DNA of 64,000 nt from a virus. Positions 1-9,020 of the stretch are shown here, one piece after another. The notes below the pieces were generated by a model. That model was not told the origin of the DNA, searched no databases, and worked only from the letters and a program-made list of their open reading frames with translations. The position numbers were made by a program, and so were the translations under genes. The stretch lies in IMG/VR virus record IMGVR_UViG_3300026488_000010. One strand, given 5' to 3'. Each line of letters starts with the position of its first letter. Position 1 is the first letter of the stretch.

Positions 1-1
1 T

Positions 2-97
2 GCTCCTGTTGCTGCTCCTGTTGCTGCTCCTGTTGCTGCTCCTGTTGCTGCTCCTGTTGCTGCTCCTGTTGCTGCTCCTGTTGCTGCTCCTGTTGCT
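2..97 (+). repeat. 12-nt tandem repeat GCTCCTGTTGCT, 8 copies visible (continues off the window edge)
   Basis: Read directly from the sequence. Confidence 0.95.
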
Positions 98-115
98 CCG
101 GTTTTACCAGCATAG
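2..115 (+). CDS. 3' end of a gene truncated by the window edge; Ala/Pro/Val-rich tail (APVA)8-PVLPA-stop
   Basis: Frame 2 is open from base 2 to TAG at 113-115 and is followed by a terminator hairpin. Confidence 0.7.
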   Translation, partial: APVAAPVAAPVAAPVAAPVAAPVAAPVAAPVAPVLPA

Positions 116-121
116 ATAATT

Positions 122-153
122 AAGTCTGAGATTCGTCTCAGACTTTTCTTGTC
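122..153 (+). terminator. Intrinsic terminator-like hairpin
   Basis: AAGTCTGAGA-TTCG-TCTCAGACTT stem with UUCG loop, running into TTTTCTTGTC just after a stop codon. Confidence 0.8.
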
Positions 154-177
154 TCAAAAATTAATTGAGGAATAAAA

Positions 178-558
178 ATGGAAACAAAAGATATATTAAA
201 ACTGGCATCTGCTGGTTTATTCACGATTGTGTTATTTATAGGTTTAATGTTTGGTTATAGACATTATAGTGTTTGGTCAATGGAGATGCAGGGTAAAGCT
301 AAATTAGCTGAATCAACACAGTCTCGACAAATTCAAGTAGAGCAAGCAAAAGCTGAATTAGAAGCTGCTAAATTTACAGCACAAGCAATTGCTATTGTTG
401 GTAAAGCAGCAAAAGAATTTCCAGAATATAGAAATCAAATGTATATTCAAGCGTTTGCTGAAGCATTATCAAATGGTGATATTAATCAAATTATGTATAT
501 TCCAACAGAAGCTGGAATCCCTATTTTAGAAGCTGGTCATAGACCAAAGGTTAAATAA
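178..558 (+). CDS. Membrane-anchored coiled-coil protein (possibly SPFH/band-7-associated type)
   Basis: N-terminal hydrophobic helix, then Ala/Glu/Lys-rich coiled coil; GAGGA RBS. Confidence 0.6.
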   Translation: METKDILKLASAGLFTIVLFIGLMFGYRHYSVWSMEMQGKAKLAESTQSRQIQVEQAKAELEAAKFTAQAIAIVGKAAKEFPEYRNQMYIQAFAEALSNGDINQIMYIPTEAGIPILEAGHRPKVK

Positions 559-806
559 TGAAAAAGATTTATATCGTAGCAATGGCTACATTTATGATAA
601 TTGCTTTTAGTGCATGTGATGGTATAGTTGATACTAATAGTTATCCGTTGGTTCAACCAACAGCTGAGTATGAAATTGATACATGGGGAAGCAATTCTGA
701 GATATATGAATTTACTCCTAAAACTGATACAACTAAAACATGTGTTATGGCTATATTAGATAGTGGTGCATCAATGTCTCTTCAGTGTTTTACTAAAGGT
801 AAATAA
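558..806 (+). CDS. Small lipoprotein
   Basis: MKK + hydrophobic stretch + FSAC lipobox; overlaps the previous stop (TAATG). Confidence 0.65.
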   Translation: MKKIYIVAMATFMIIAFSACDGIVDTNSYPLVQPTAEYEIDTWGSNSEIYEFTPKTDTTKTCVMAILDSGASMSLQCFTKGK

Positions 807-1039
807 TGGATAATCAACACAAGAAGATTAAAGGTTATAGAGATCTTAGTCAAGGTGAAATAGATTTGATGAATGAAGCTAAAGAGATGGCTGAGAAGGT
901 TGGAGAATTAATTTTAAAATTAGAAGATTCAGCAGACGATTTAAATCTCGATGGTGGATGGTTAGAACTAGGTAAGCGTGACTTACAAACTGGTTTTATG
1001 AAAGTAATTAGAGCAATAGCTCAACCAACAACTTTTTAA
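806..1039 (+). CDS. acb2: Anti-CBASS protein Acb2 (cyclic-oligonucleotide sponge, T4 Vs.4 family)
   Basis: Begins [23 protein letters not shown] and ends [21 protein letters not shown], matching both Acb2 termini. Confidence 0.9.
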   Translation: MDNQHKKIKGYRDLSQGEIDLMNEAKEMAEKVGELILKLEDSADDLNLDGGWLELGKRDLQTGFMKVIRAIAQPTTF

Positions 1040-1063
1040 GTTATAAATATAAAAGGAAAAGAT

Positions 1064-1675
1064 ATGATTATAAGAAAATTATTTAAGTTTGAAGGGGCAC
1101 ACATTGTCCGAAATTGTTCATCAGTTCGTTGTAAAAAAAGTATTCATGGACACAGTTATGTTGTTGAAGTATTCTTTACAAGTAAAGGATTAGATAATGG
1201 TCAAATGGTTATGGACTTCGGTTTAATGAAGGGAAATATAAAAGATTTAATTGATTCATTTGATCATGCATATTCTATGTGGGATAAAGAAACTGATGAG
1301 TTTAAAAAATTTATGGTTGAAAATTCTGAAAGATACATTACAATGCCTGTATCTCCTTCAGCTGAGGCTTATTCATTAATGTTTTTAATGTTAGTGGATA
1401 AAGTTGTTAATGCTACATCATTTAATAATGGTGAAGTTGGAGTTGAAGTAACTTCAGTTAGAGTTCATGAAACAGTAACTGGATATGCTGAATCTTTTAG
1501 AGATGATTTAGATCCGAAAAACTTTGAACACACTCCTTTTAAATTGGAAGATATACATTTTTCTCAAGGAATTAAAGATGAATGGAAAGATCCGGAGATG
1601 TATGATAAATTAATCGAAGCATCAAAAACAGATAGTAAATGCTTTATTAATGAAGTCGTCGAGCAACAAGTATAA
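1064..1675 (+). CDS. queD: 6-carboxy-5,6,7,8-tetrahydropterin synthase QueD (Campylobacterota-like)
   Basis: MIIRKLFKFEGAHIVR, IHGHSYVVEV, DFG, FDHA, PSAE, VRVHET motifs. Confidence 0.9.
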   Translation: MIIRKLFKFEGAHIVRNCSSVRCKKSIHGHSYVVEVFFTSKGLDNGQMVMDFGLMKGNIKDLIDSFDHAYSMWDKETDEFKKFMVENSERYITMPVSPSAEAYSLMFLMLVDKVVNATSFNNGEVGVEVTSVRVHETVTGYAESFRDDLDPKNFEHTPFKLEDIHFSQGIKDEWKDPEMYDKLIEASKTDSKCFINEVVEQQV

Positions 1676-2360
1676 AATAGTTAAAGACGCTTTTGATAAA
1701 GCGTCTTTATATTATGAAAAATCGAACAAACCTTTAAATTATGTTTGTAGACGGATTAGAAAACAATTAGAAATTAAAACAACAGATCAAGAAATATTTA
1801 ATATTTTATATGATGTTAAATATTGTCCTACCTGTGGCCTTGATGCAAATTTTGCAAAAGGTTATAATATTAGTTGTGGTAATTGTTCTCTTCCTAGCAA
1901 ACTAAAAGGTTTAACATATTCAGAAATTCATCCGAATGGTACTACGTGTGGATACCAAAAAGGTGATAAAAACATTGCTAAAAAAGAAAATATTAAAATT
2001 AAGATAAGTGTGGGTGTTGAAAAATCATACACTTCAGAACTTAGAAAATTTAGATCTTTAAACATGTCAATGAACAATGTTTTATCTGGATATGTATATA
2101 TATTATATTCTAAAAGTAAAAATATAATAAAAGTTGGTTTTTCACAAAATGTTGAAAAGAGATTTTATAGAATTAAATCATCAACAAAACTTGATGATTT
2201 AAAAATTTTATATAAAATAAAAGATAAGAATGCTTTAAATATTGAAAGAGATATACATCTAAAATTTTTAGAATCCAATATAGTTTGTGATTTTGGAACT
2301 GAGTGGTATCCTTTTGAAATATACGAAGATATAAAATCTCATTGTAGAGTAGAAGCGTAA
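1650..2360 (+). CDS. GIY-YIG superfamily (T5orf172/Mug113-like) putative endonuclease with a Cys-rich N-terminal region
   Basis: GYVYIL...IIKVGFS...EKR...LNIERDIH...TEWY; CPTC...CGNC. Confidence 0.7.
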   Translation: MKSSSNKYKIVKDAFDKASLYYEKSNKPLNYVCRRIRKQLEIKTTDQEIFNILYDVKYCPTCGLDANFAKGYNISCGNCSLPSKLKGLTYSEIHPNGTTCGYQKGDKNIAKKENIKIKISVGVEKSYTSELRKFRSLNMSMNNVLSGYVYILYSKSKNIIKVGFSQNVEKRFYRIKSSTKLDDLKILYKIKDKNALNIERDIHLKFLESNIVCDFGTEWYPFEIYEDIKSHCRVEA

Positions 2361-2375
2361 TATCGTATAATACTC

Positions 2376-2412
2376 AAGTAACTGCGATATATGCGCAGTT
2401 ACTTTTCTTGTC
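2376..2412 (+). terminator. Intrinsic terminator-like hairpin
   Basis: AAGTAACTGCG-7 nt-CGCAGTTACTT running into TTTTCTTGTC. Confidence 0.75.
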
Positions 2413-2480
2413 GTAGATTTCATTGAGATATATTTAAGATGGTTTATACGCGCTTATTTCTATGGTAAAGGAGAAACTTA

Positions 2481-2759
2481 ATGCCAGATATAAAACAGAT
2501 ATTTTCAAGAGATATTGAATTAGGTAAAAAACAATTTAGATTTGATGATGGGCCATATGTAATAACAGTTGGTATCACAAAAACAGGGTATCATTATATA
2601 ACTCAACGTGATGGTGAAACACATGAATCGAAGTTAAAATTAACTTTAGATAAGTTGAATAAAGAAATGCCTGATGATATGCAAATGACAAAAGATCATA
2701 TTATATATATACTTACACATATGGATTGTGGAGTTAATTTAAATAAGGAGAATAAATGA
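2481..2759 (+). CDS. Hypothetical protein
   Basis: AAGGAG RBS; co-oriented ORF. Confidence 0.6.
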   Translation: MPDIKQIFSRDIELGKKQFRFDDGPYVITVGITKTGYHYITQRDGETHESKLKLTLDKLNKEMPDDMQMTKDHIIYILTHMDCGVNLNKENK

Positions 2760-3130
2760 AGTTTTGGTTATTAGAAAATAATTGTGTAGACTTTCGAGCA
2801 AAAGTTAAAGAAGTTGATTTCCCAGAAATAACACCTGAGATGTTTGAAAAAGATAATCACTGTTCAATTTTAAAAGAATGGTTAAGAAAAGAAGATATGG
2901 ATACATTATCATCAACATATTATTTTGATGAAGATCGAGAGATATATGATACAACTATTCCTCTTGATGAATTAGATGATAGAATTGATGATTTAGAAGA
3001 ATTAGAGCAATATAATTTATCGTTAAAACAATCATTAGCTGATGCAGTTTCTTTATTATCTCAAACTGTAGAGTTTGTTAGAGATACTGAAGTAGGTAGA
3101 AAAATAAATATATACTTAGGTATAAAATAA
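2756..3130 (+). CDS. Hypothetical protein
   Basis: AAGGAG RBS; ATGA overlap with the upstream ORF. Confidence 0.6.
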   Translation: MKFWLLENNCVDFRAKVKEVDFPEITPEMFEKDNHCSILKEWLRKEDMDTLSSTYYFDEDREIYDTTIPLDELDDRIDDLEELEQYNLSLKQSLADAVSLLSQTVEFVRDTEVGRKINIYLGIK

Positions 3131-3138
3131 GGTTTAAA

Positions 3139-3471
3139 ATGCAAAGAAAATTTATAGCAAAGTTTGATTATAAACATGGAAAGTTAAGAATGGATTTCTA
3201 TAAAGCGGAATCTATTAGAATTCAAGGTCGCTGTGAAGCAGATTTTAATATGGATTCAAAGGTTTCGGTAATTAGAAATACTATAGATAAAGTATTACTA
3301 CAAGCTGATTCACAATTTGGTATTGGTTTCAAAAAAAATAAAATTGCAAATATACGAACTTGGATGAAAGTGAATATATTTAAAATTTATATTAAAGATG
3401 ATATTGATGATGATATTGCATTCGAGATTTTAAAAACAGTTAATGAAAATTGCATAATCATTAGAGATTAG
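3139..3471 (+). CDS. Hypothetical protein
   Basis: Tightly packed ORF with an RBS. Confidence 0.55.
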   Translation: MQRKFIAKFDYKHGKLRMDFYKAESIRIQGRCEADFNMDSKVSVIRNTIDKVLLQADSQFGIGFKKNKIANIRTWMKVNIFKIYIKDDIDDDIAFEILKTVNENCIIIRD

Positions 3472-3473
3472 TA

Positions 3474-4745
3474 ATGGCTAAGAAAAAAAATCAGGATGAG
3501 AAGAAAAAATATTTACAAAAAGATGTAAAAGAATTAGCTGCTCATTTGAGAACTATGGGTGCATATGTTCAACAACCTAATCCACAAATTGTTGGGTTAA
3601 GCAAATTTCAAGTAATTGGTTCGCAGGATGCAAAATCATTATATCCTACAATTATGGTACTTTTAAATATTGGATATGACACATTACGAGGCAGAATTTA
3701 CGAACGTAAAATTGTTGGTAAGATTCTAAAAATGCTTCGACACGTTCATTCACTTCAAGGTGATGAAGATTCTATTGATATTGCCGTCTCTAATTTTAAA
3801 GGCGCGATTCGTAATATGGCTAAATCATATGCATCAAGAGAGAAGCTGAAAAAATCAAAGAATGAATTCATAGAGTTCACTACAGAATTTTATGGTGAAT
3901 GTTTTTATAAAATTGTTACATATAAAGGATTATTTGATAATATTTTAACACCTGTTGATGATAAATCATACTATATGTTAAAGTCTGCAATGTACCCATT
4001 ATTTGAAGCGATGACTTGGATGAGTCCACACAATAAAGGATATTCTGCAACAATTGTTGATTATGTTTTTTATAATGATTCTTTTGATGAGAAATATAAA
4101 GATGAAGAGTTTATAGTTTTTGAAGAAATTAATTCTTGTAAAACTAAATGTACAACTATGAATCTATATGAGTTCAAAGAAAAAATTGCGACAAAATATA
4201 TCTTGAATTCGTATGGAACATATTTTGATAAACATGATAATAATAAATCATTTGAAGTTGATCTTATTCTTGGTGGTATGAATGATCGTGGATATGTTAA
4301 AAATCAAATGCTTATTATTGAAGCAATTGTTGAAAATTGGAACAAGTTACCTGATTATATTAAAGGTGCCTTTATATTAGATATGGAAAAACTAGATGAA
4401 AAAATAGCTGAAGAAGTTATAGAACTAGTTGGGGATTCTGATCAAAAAACTAAAGAATGGCAATTAAATAACCTCAAAAGTATTGTATTTGATACAAAGG
4501 TTACTGAAGATCGATTAAAGAAGATGTTAGATTTGGCAGCTGTTCAAAGAAACTCAAAATCAAATGGTATTAAAGTTACATTGAATAGTGGGTATGGTAT
4601 TTACGGAATGGTTACTTGGGTATATGGTAATAATCTAATTGCGAATTCTATCACCTCAGGTGGTAAGATATACGGAATTAAATTATTTCAACAAGTAGCG
4701 AGTAATAAGCTTAGAGTAGAAAGAGCTAAAATTCAAAGAGATTAA
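3474..4745 (+). CDS. Family B DNA polymerase fragment (motif A, fingers, motif B only); piece of a split polymerase
   Basis: GAYVQQP, DAKSLYPTIM (motif A), KVTLNSGYG (motif B); no exonuclease domain and no YGDTDS motif C. Confidence 0.8.
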   Translation: MAKKKNQDEKKKYLQKDVKELAAHLRTMGAYVQQPNPQIVGLSKFQVIGSQDAKSLYPTIMVLLNIGYDTLRGRIYERKIVGKILKMLRHVHSLQGDEDSIDIAVSNFKGAIRNMAKSYASREKLKKSKNEFIEFTTEFYGECFYKIVTYKGLFDNILTPVDDKSYYMLKSAMYPLFEAMTWMSPHNKGYSATIVDYVFYNDSFDEKYKDEEFIVFEEINSCKTKCTTMNLYEFKEKIATKYILNSYGTYFDKHDNNKSFEVDLILGGMNDRGYVKNQMLIIEAIVENWNKLPDYIKGAFILDMEKLDEKIAEEVIELVGDSDQKTKEWQLNNLKSIVFDTKVTEDRLKKMLDLAAVQRNSKSNGIKVTLNSGYGIYGMVTWVYGNNLIANSITSGGKIYGIKLFQQVASNKLRVERAKIQRD

Positions 4746-4770
4746 TCTCTTTGGTTAAAGGAAAAATAAA

Positions 4771-5001
4771 ATGGCAACAATAGAAGAATATCAAGCAAAG
4801 AAATCACAATATGAGGCAGAACTTGAACAAGTTAATAGAGATATAATTATCAAAGAACAATCAATTAAACAGAAGGAAGAGGTGTTTCAACAACAATTTG
4901 GTACAGTTAATATTGATGAGTTAAATGTTATTGCACAGCAGTATCAAGAAGCAATTGCAATTAAAGAACAAGAACTTTTAGCATTAGAGCAATCATCATG
5001 A
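4771..5001 (+). CDS. Small coiled-coil protein
   Basis: Gln/Glu/Lys heptad-rich; AAGGA RBS. Confidence 0.6.
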   Translation: MATIEEYQAKKSQYEAELEQVNRDIIIKEQSIKQKEEVFQQQFGTVNIDELNVIAQQYQEAIAIKEQELLALEQSS

Positions 5002-5207
5002 TTGCTGGAGATAGATGTAATGTTTGTTTAGTAGGCACTTTAGAAAAGTCTGATACGGTGGGTAGGCTCACTTGTAATAATTGTTCAACATATTTTGAAG
5101 ATGCTGAAAAAGGTGTTGAACGTTCATCTGCGAGAGTAACTGATCCAGCAGGTAATGAACATAAAATTGAATTTATTAAGGTTGGTGATTATTGGGAGAT
5201 TGACTAA
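4998..5207 (+). CDS. Small zinc-ribbon protein
   Basis: CNVC...CNNC pairs; ATGA overlap. Confidence 0.55.
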   Translation: MIAGDRCNVCLVGTLEKSDTVGRLTCNNCSTYFEDAEKGVERSSARVTDPAGNEHKIEFIKVGDYWEID

Positions 5208-5461
5208 TGGATATCAAAACTAGATTGAATATTGAACAAGAATGTTTTACCATGATTAATAATAAAATGATTAAATGTGTAGTACAATCGATTATTATCA
5301 ATATTTGGAAAACTAATAAAATTGAAATTAAGTACAAACTTAAAGAATCTGATGGTGTTGTATCTTCGCAGTATTTTCACGAGGAAGTTGTTTTTGCAAC
5401 ACATGAAGAACTTACAAATTATTTAACAAGTTCTTTTACTATGGAGGAACTCTGCTCATGA
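5207..5461 (+). CDS. Hypothetical protein
   Basis: Translationally coupled ORF. Confidence 0.55.
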   Translation: MDIKTRLNIEQECFTMINNKMIKCVVQSIIINIWKTNKIEIKYKLKESDGVVSSQYFHEEVVFATHEELTNYLTSSFTMEELCS

Positions 5462-6729
5462 AAGAGATGTTAATTTTTGTAGATACAAAAACTAATAAAA
5501 ATAAATTTTACCAATTAGAACTTATTGGTGATAGAGTTGATGTTGAATATGGCCGAGTAGGTAACTCGACGCCACAGCGAAGATCATATAATGGTGGACA
5601 AAGAATGTATGATAAGAAGCGTGCTGAGAAGATCAAAAAAGGTTATGTCCCATCTGAAATTGATGTTAATATTATTGAAGAATCTTCAAATTCATCAAGT
5701 TCTGGAAATATAATGGATATCGCGATGGCACAAATCAAAACAGATGATGTTTCTAAAAAACTTATCGAAAAGTTAGTTAAGCAAAATATACATAATATTA
5801 CAGCTAATACAAAAATCAAATATGATATCGATACCGGTTATTTTAAAACAGATCTTGGTATAGTTACTGAAAAAGGTGTTACAAAAGCGTTAACAATTCT
5901 TGATAAAATTATGACATATCAATCAAGAATGGGAAAATTAACTGATAAAAAATATGATGCATTCGTTAAATTAAATGAACAATATTTTACAATCATTCCT
6001 ACTAAGATTTCAAATCTTAGAGATTATAAAAACCTTTTAATTACTGTTAATAAAGTAAATGAACAATTAGATATTTGTAATTCATTATCTGATTCATTAA
6101 AAATTATTGATGCTGCAAAAAAAGATATCAAAGATAAAAGTTCAGCAAAAGCTGTTCAAGAAAAAGTATTTGATACAAGTGTTTATGAATTAACAGATAA
6201 AAAAGAATTTACGAGACTCGTAAAATATTTTAATGATTCTAAAAATTCTAGACATGGTCACAACAACTATAAAGTTGAAAAAATATATACGGTTTCACTT
6301 GGAAAGGAAGAATCTGAATATAGAAAAGATTTGGATAATCAGATGGAACTTTTTCATGGAACTAAAATTGCTAATTTATTATCAATTTTAAAAAGTGGAT
6401 TATTGATGCCGAAACAATCACCTGGACAAACAACTGGTTATATGTTTGGTCAAGGTTTATATTTTGCAAGTCAAAGTACAAAATCTTTAAATTATTGTGA
6501 TGGTATGTATTGGAATTCATCAGCTAAACAAGATAAGATATATATGTTTGTTGCTGATATCGCAATGGGTAATTATCAAATTCCTAGTCGGTCAATTTCA
6601 AGAAATCCAGACTCAATTTATGATTCATATTGGGCTAAGCCTGGACAATCAGGAATTCAGAATGATGAGATGATTATTTTTAAAAATAATCAGATACGAT
6701 TAAAATATATATTGGAGATTACAAAATAA
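5458..6729 (+). CDS. Poly(ADP-ribose) polymerase-like protein: WGR domain, helical regulatory region, PARP catalytic domain
   Basis: NKFYQLEL..VEYGRVG (WGR); LFHGT (H300), TGYMFGQGLYFA (Y335), SKSLNYC-like STKSLNYC, NDEMIIF (E404). Confidence 0.9.
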   Translation: MKEMLIFVDTKTNKNKFYQLELIGDRVDVEYGRVGNSTPQRRSYNGGQRMYDKKRAEKIKKGYVPSEIDVNIIEESSNSSSSGNIMDIAMAQIKTDDVSKKLIEKLVKQNIHNITANTKIKYDIDTGYFKTDLGIVTEKGVTKALTILDKIMTYQSRMGKLTDKKYDAFVKLNEQYFTIIPTKISNLRDYKNLLITVNKVNEQLDICNSLSDSLKIIDAAKKDIKDKSSAKAVQEKVFDTSVYELTDKKEFTRLVKYFNDSKNSRHGHNNYKVEKIYTVSLGKEESEYRKDLDNQMELFHGTKIANLLSILKSGLLMPKQSPGQTTGYMFGQGLYFASQSTKSLNYCDGMYWNSSAKQDKIYMFVADIAMGNYQIPSRSISRNPDSIYDSYWAKPGQSGIQNDEMIIFKNNQIRLKYILEITK

Positions 6730-6953
6730 TGTCACAAGTTGAAGAAGGTTATAAAGATAGAGGTACAACAAGAAGTCCGTCATTTCAGATGAATTCAGAC
6801 AATACTAGATTATTCAAATTAATGGATTTATTGACAACTGATAATGAATTAGAAGATGTTGCGCGTGATGCATGTTCAAATGATTGTCTAATATCAGAAT
6901 GTTTAAAACAATACTTTGCATGGGGTGTAGTCCAATATCATAAAGGAAATTAG
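6729..6953 (+). CDS. Hypothetical protein
   Basis: Coupled ORF. Confidence 0.5.
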   Translation: MSQVEEGYKDRGTTRSPSFQMNSDNTRLFKLMDLLTTDNELEDVARDACSNDCLISECLKQYFAWGVVQYHKGN

Positions 6954-6954
6954 T

Positions 6955-7428
6955 ATGAGTCAAACATATACTAATCAATTAAATAATGCATTAGATAATT
7001 TAGATACCATTTTTAAATTTGTATCACAAGATATAACATTTGAAGAATTAAACAAAAAAGTTTTGGAGTATCCAGAATTTAAAAATGTTTTAGTTGCGAT
7101 AAAAGATTTGCAAATAAAAGTGCAATCAGATAATATTGATGAAATGTTATTAAAATCTTTATCATATGATGATGCTCGATCAGAAATATATCAAAGATTA
7201 ATTGCGAAATTTAAACATAATCCACAAGCATCTAAATCAATTCGATCAGCGTGGGTAAAAAATCTATCAGCAAATGAAATTTTATCGAGAGCTGAGCGAT
7301 TTGAAGATGGAATCATAATTAAGGAGTGTAAAACAATATTAGCAAATATTCGTAAAGATGTTGTGGTCGTAGAACCAGAATCAAAAGAAGCAGCCAAATC
7401 ATGGTATAAAAAGCTTTTTAAATTATAG
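6955..7428 (+). CDS. Hypothetical protein
   Basis: AAGGA RBS; helical composition. Confidence 0.6.
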   Translation: MSQTYTNQLNNALDNLDTIFKFVSQDITFEELNKKVLEYPEFKNVLVAIKDLQIKVQSDNIDEMLLKSLSYDDARSEIYQRLIAKFKHNPQASKSIRSAWVKNLSANEILSRAERFEDGIIIKECKTILANIRKDVVVVEPESKEAAKSWYKKLFKL

Positions 7429-7436
7429 GAATTAAT

Positions 7437-7973
7437 ATGAAAAAAATGAAAAATTTAGAAAAAGAAGTAGTTATAAAACTTAAAGCGTTATTTGAGAATG
7501 ATAAAAATGGGACAAGATCCATAAATGTTGGCCTTAAAAATAATGAAACTATTGAGCAGATATTTGCAAGATGTTTTAAACGTCGTCCACACTCAGCGGA
7601 TATTAGATCAATCCAAAAAAGATTTGTTGATGATAAAAATGCACGCAAAGCTTTTGATAATAATGATATGATTCAGGTACTAGAAAAAGAAACTGTTAGA
7701 GTAATTCTTAATAGACATTTATTATATTTTTTAAATGATGTGGTTGATGCAGCTTCAACTGAGAATTCAAATTATACTGAGTTTGCCGAGATCAGTGATT
7801 ATCACTCAGGTGAAAAAGAATGGATTAATGATCTATGGAAAAATGAAATTTCTAAAAAGAAAAGAAAAGTGCTTTTAGGTAAAGCGCAACAACTTAAAGA
7901 TATTATCGGATCATTTCAGATTCAAGTTCATAATTTATCTTTCAAATTTCTTTTATATATCACGAGTAAGTAA
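7437..7973 (+). CDS. Hypothetical protein
   Basis: AGGA RBS; co-oriented. Confidence 0.6.
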   Translation: MKKMKNLEKEVVIKLKALFENDKNGTRSINVGLKNNETIEQIFARCFKRRPHSADIRSIQKRFVDDKNARKAFDNNDMIQVLEKETVRVILNRHLLYFLNDVVDAASTENSNYTEFAEISDYHSGEKEWINDLWKNEISKKKRKVLLGKAQQLKDIIGSFQIQVHNLSFKFLLYITSK

Positions 7974-9010
7974 TGCATTTTGAATTCATTACAATGAAAG
8001 ATCCCCATCTTTCATTGGGATTTATAAATAGAATTCGAACAAGCTATCAGAAGCATATTACAAATAAATTTGATTTTGTTGCTGGTTATTGTAATGAACA
8101 TCAAATAAATACGGCTATTTTTACAGGAGATGTTTTTGATTCAAGTACTGAAGATAAATGGTCATTTAAAAAATATAGAAAAAATAAAAGATTTTTAGAA
8201 TCTTTTAAATTAAAAGGTTCTATTGATTTATTTTCAAATGTTGGAAATCATGATATGTTTCACGGTTATGAAAATTCAGATGATACTATTTTTGGTGAAA
8301 TGGTACATGATGAAATTTTAAATAACATCACTGATCAGCCGCTAGTAATGCAGGATGAAAATATTTATATTAAGGTACAAGGTGTTGATTATTCAAATGA
8401 ACCGAATGAGGTTTTAGATGCAATTCGAGCATTTGATGAAGAATCATATCCTGGTGCAAAAATGTTTAAAGTTGCCGTGCTACATTCAAATGTTACACCA
8501 AAAGATGTTGATCACGTTACTGATTTTACATATGCTAATTTAGTTAGAGATTTTCCAGATATTGATATGTTTATATTCGGACACTACCATGTTGGTTATG
8601 ATACTGTTGTAATACGACGAGAAGACGGCAAAGATTGTCATCTAATAAATAATTGGAACTTTACAAGAGTTGTTAGAGATTATGAAACAGAACTTGATGA
8701 ACACACTCCAGAATTTGAACATGTGTCCATAACATATGATAAAATTCATGATCTTTTTAGTGTTGATTGTAAGACTATAAAAGTACCTTTCGTTCCATAT
8801 GAAGAAGCATTTGCTCAAAAGGCTATTGATATTCTACGTAAAACTAAAGGCGAAATTTTTAAATTTTTTGAAAATTTTAAAATCACAGATATTAAAAAGA
8901 ATGCTACGTCAACAGATGATGATATCGTTGATGATATTATTAAAACAAACTCATATTCTGAAGCTGCAAAATTAAAAGCTTTGGATTATTTAAACAATGC
9001 AAAAAATTAA
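7973..9010 (+). CDS. Mre11/SbcD-like nuclease (T4 gp47-like metallophosphoesterase)
   Basis: DPH, GDVFD, GNHD, LHS, GHYH motifs; an SMC-type ATPase lies two genes downstream. Confidence 0.8.
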   Translation: MHFEFITMKDPHLSLGFINRIRTSYQKHITNKFDFVAGYCNEHQINTAIFTGDVFDSSTEDKWSFKKYRKNKRFLESFKLKGSIDLFSNVGNHDMFHGYENSDDTIFGEMVHDEILNNITDQPLVMQDENIYIKVQGVDYSNEPNEVLDAIRAFDEESYPGAKMFKVAVLHSNVTPKDVDHVTDFTYANLVRDFPDIDMFIFGHYHVGYDTVVIRREDGKDCHLINNWNFTRVVRDYETELDEHTPEFEHVSITYDKIHDLFSVDCKTIKVPFVPYEEAFAQKAIDILRKTKGEIFKFFENFKITDIKKNATSTDDDIVDDIIKTNSYSEAAKLKALDYLNNAKN

Positions 9011-9020
9011 AAGGATATAA

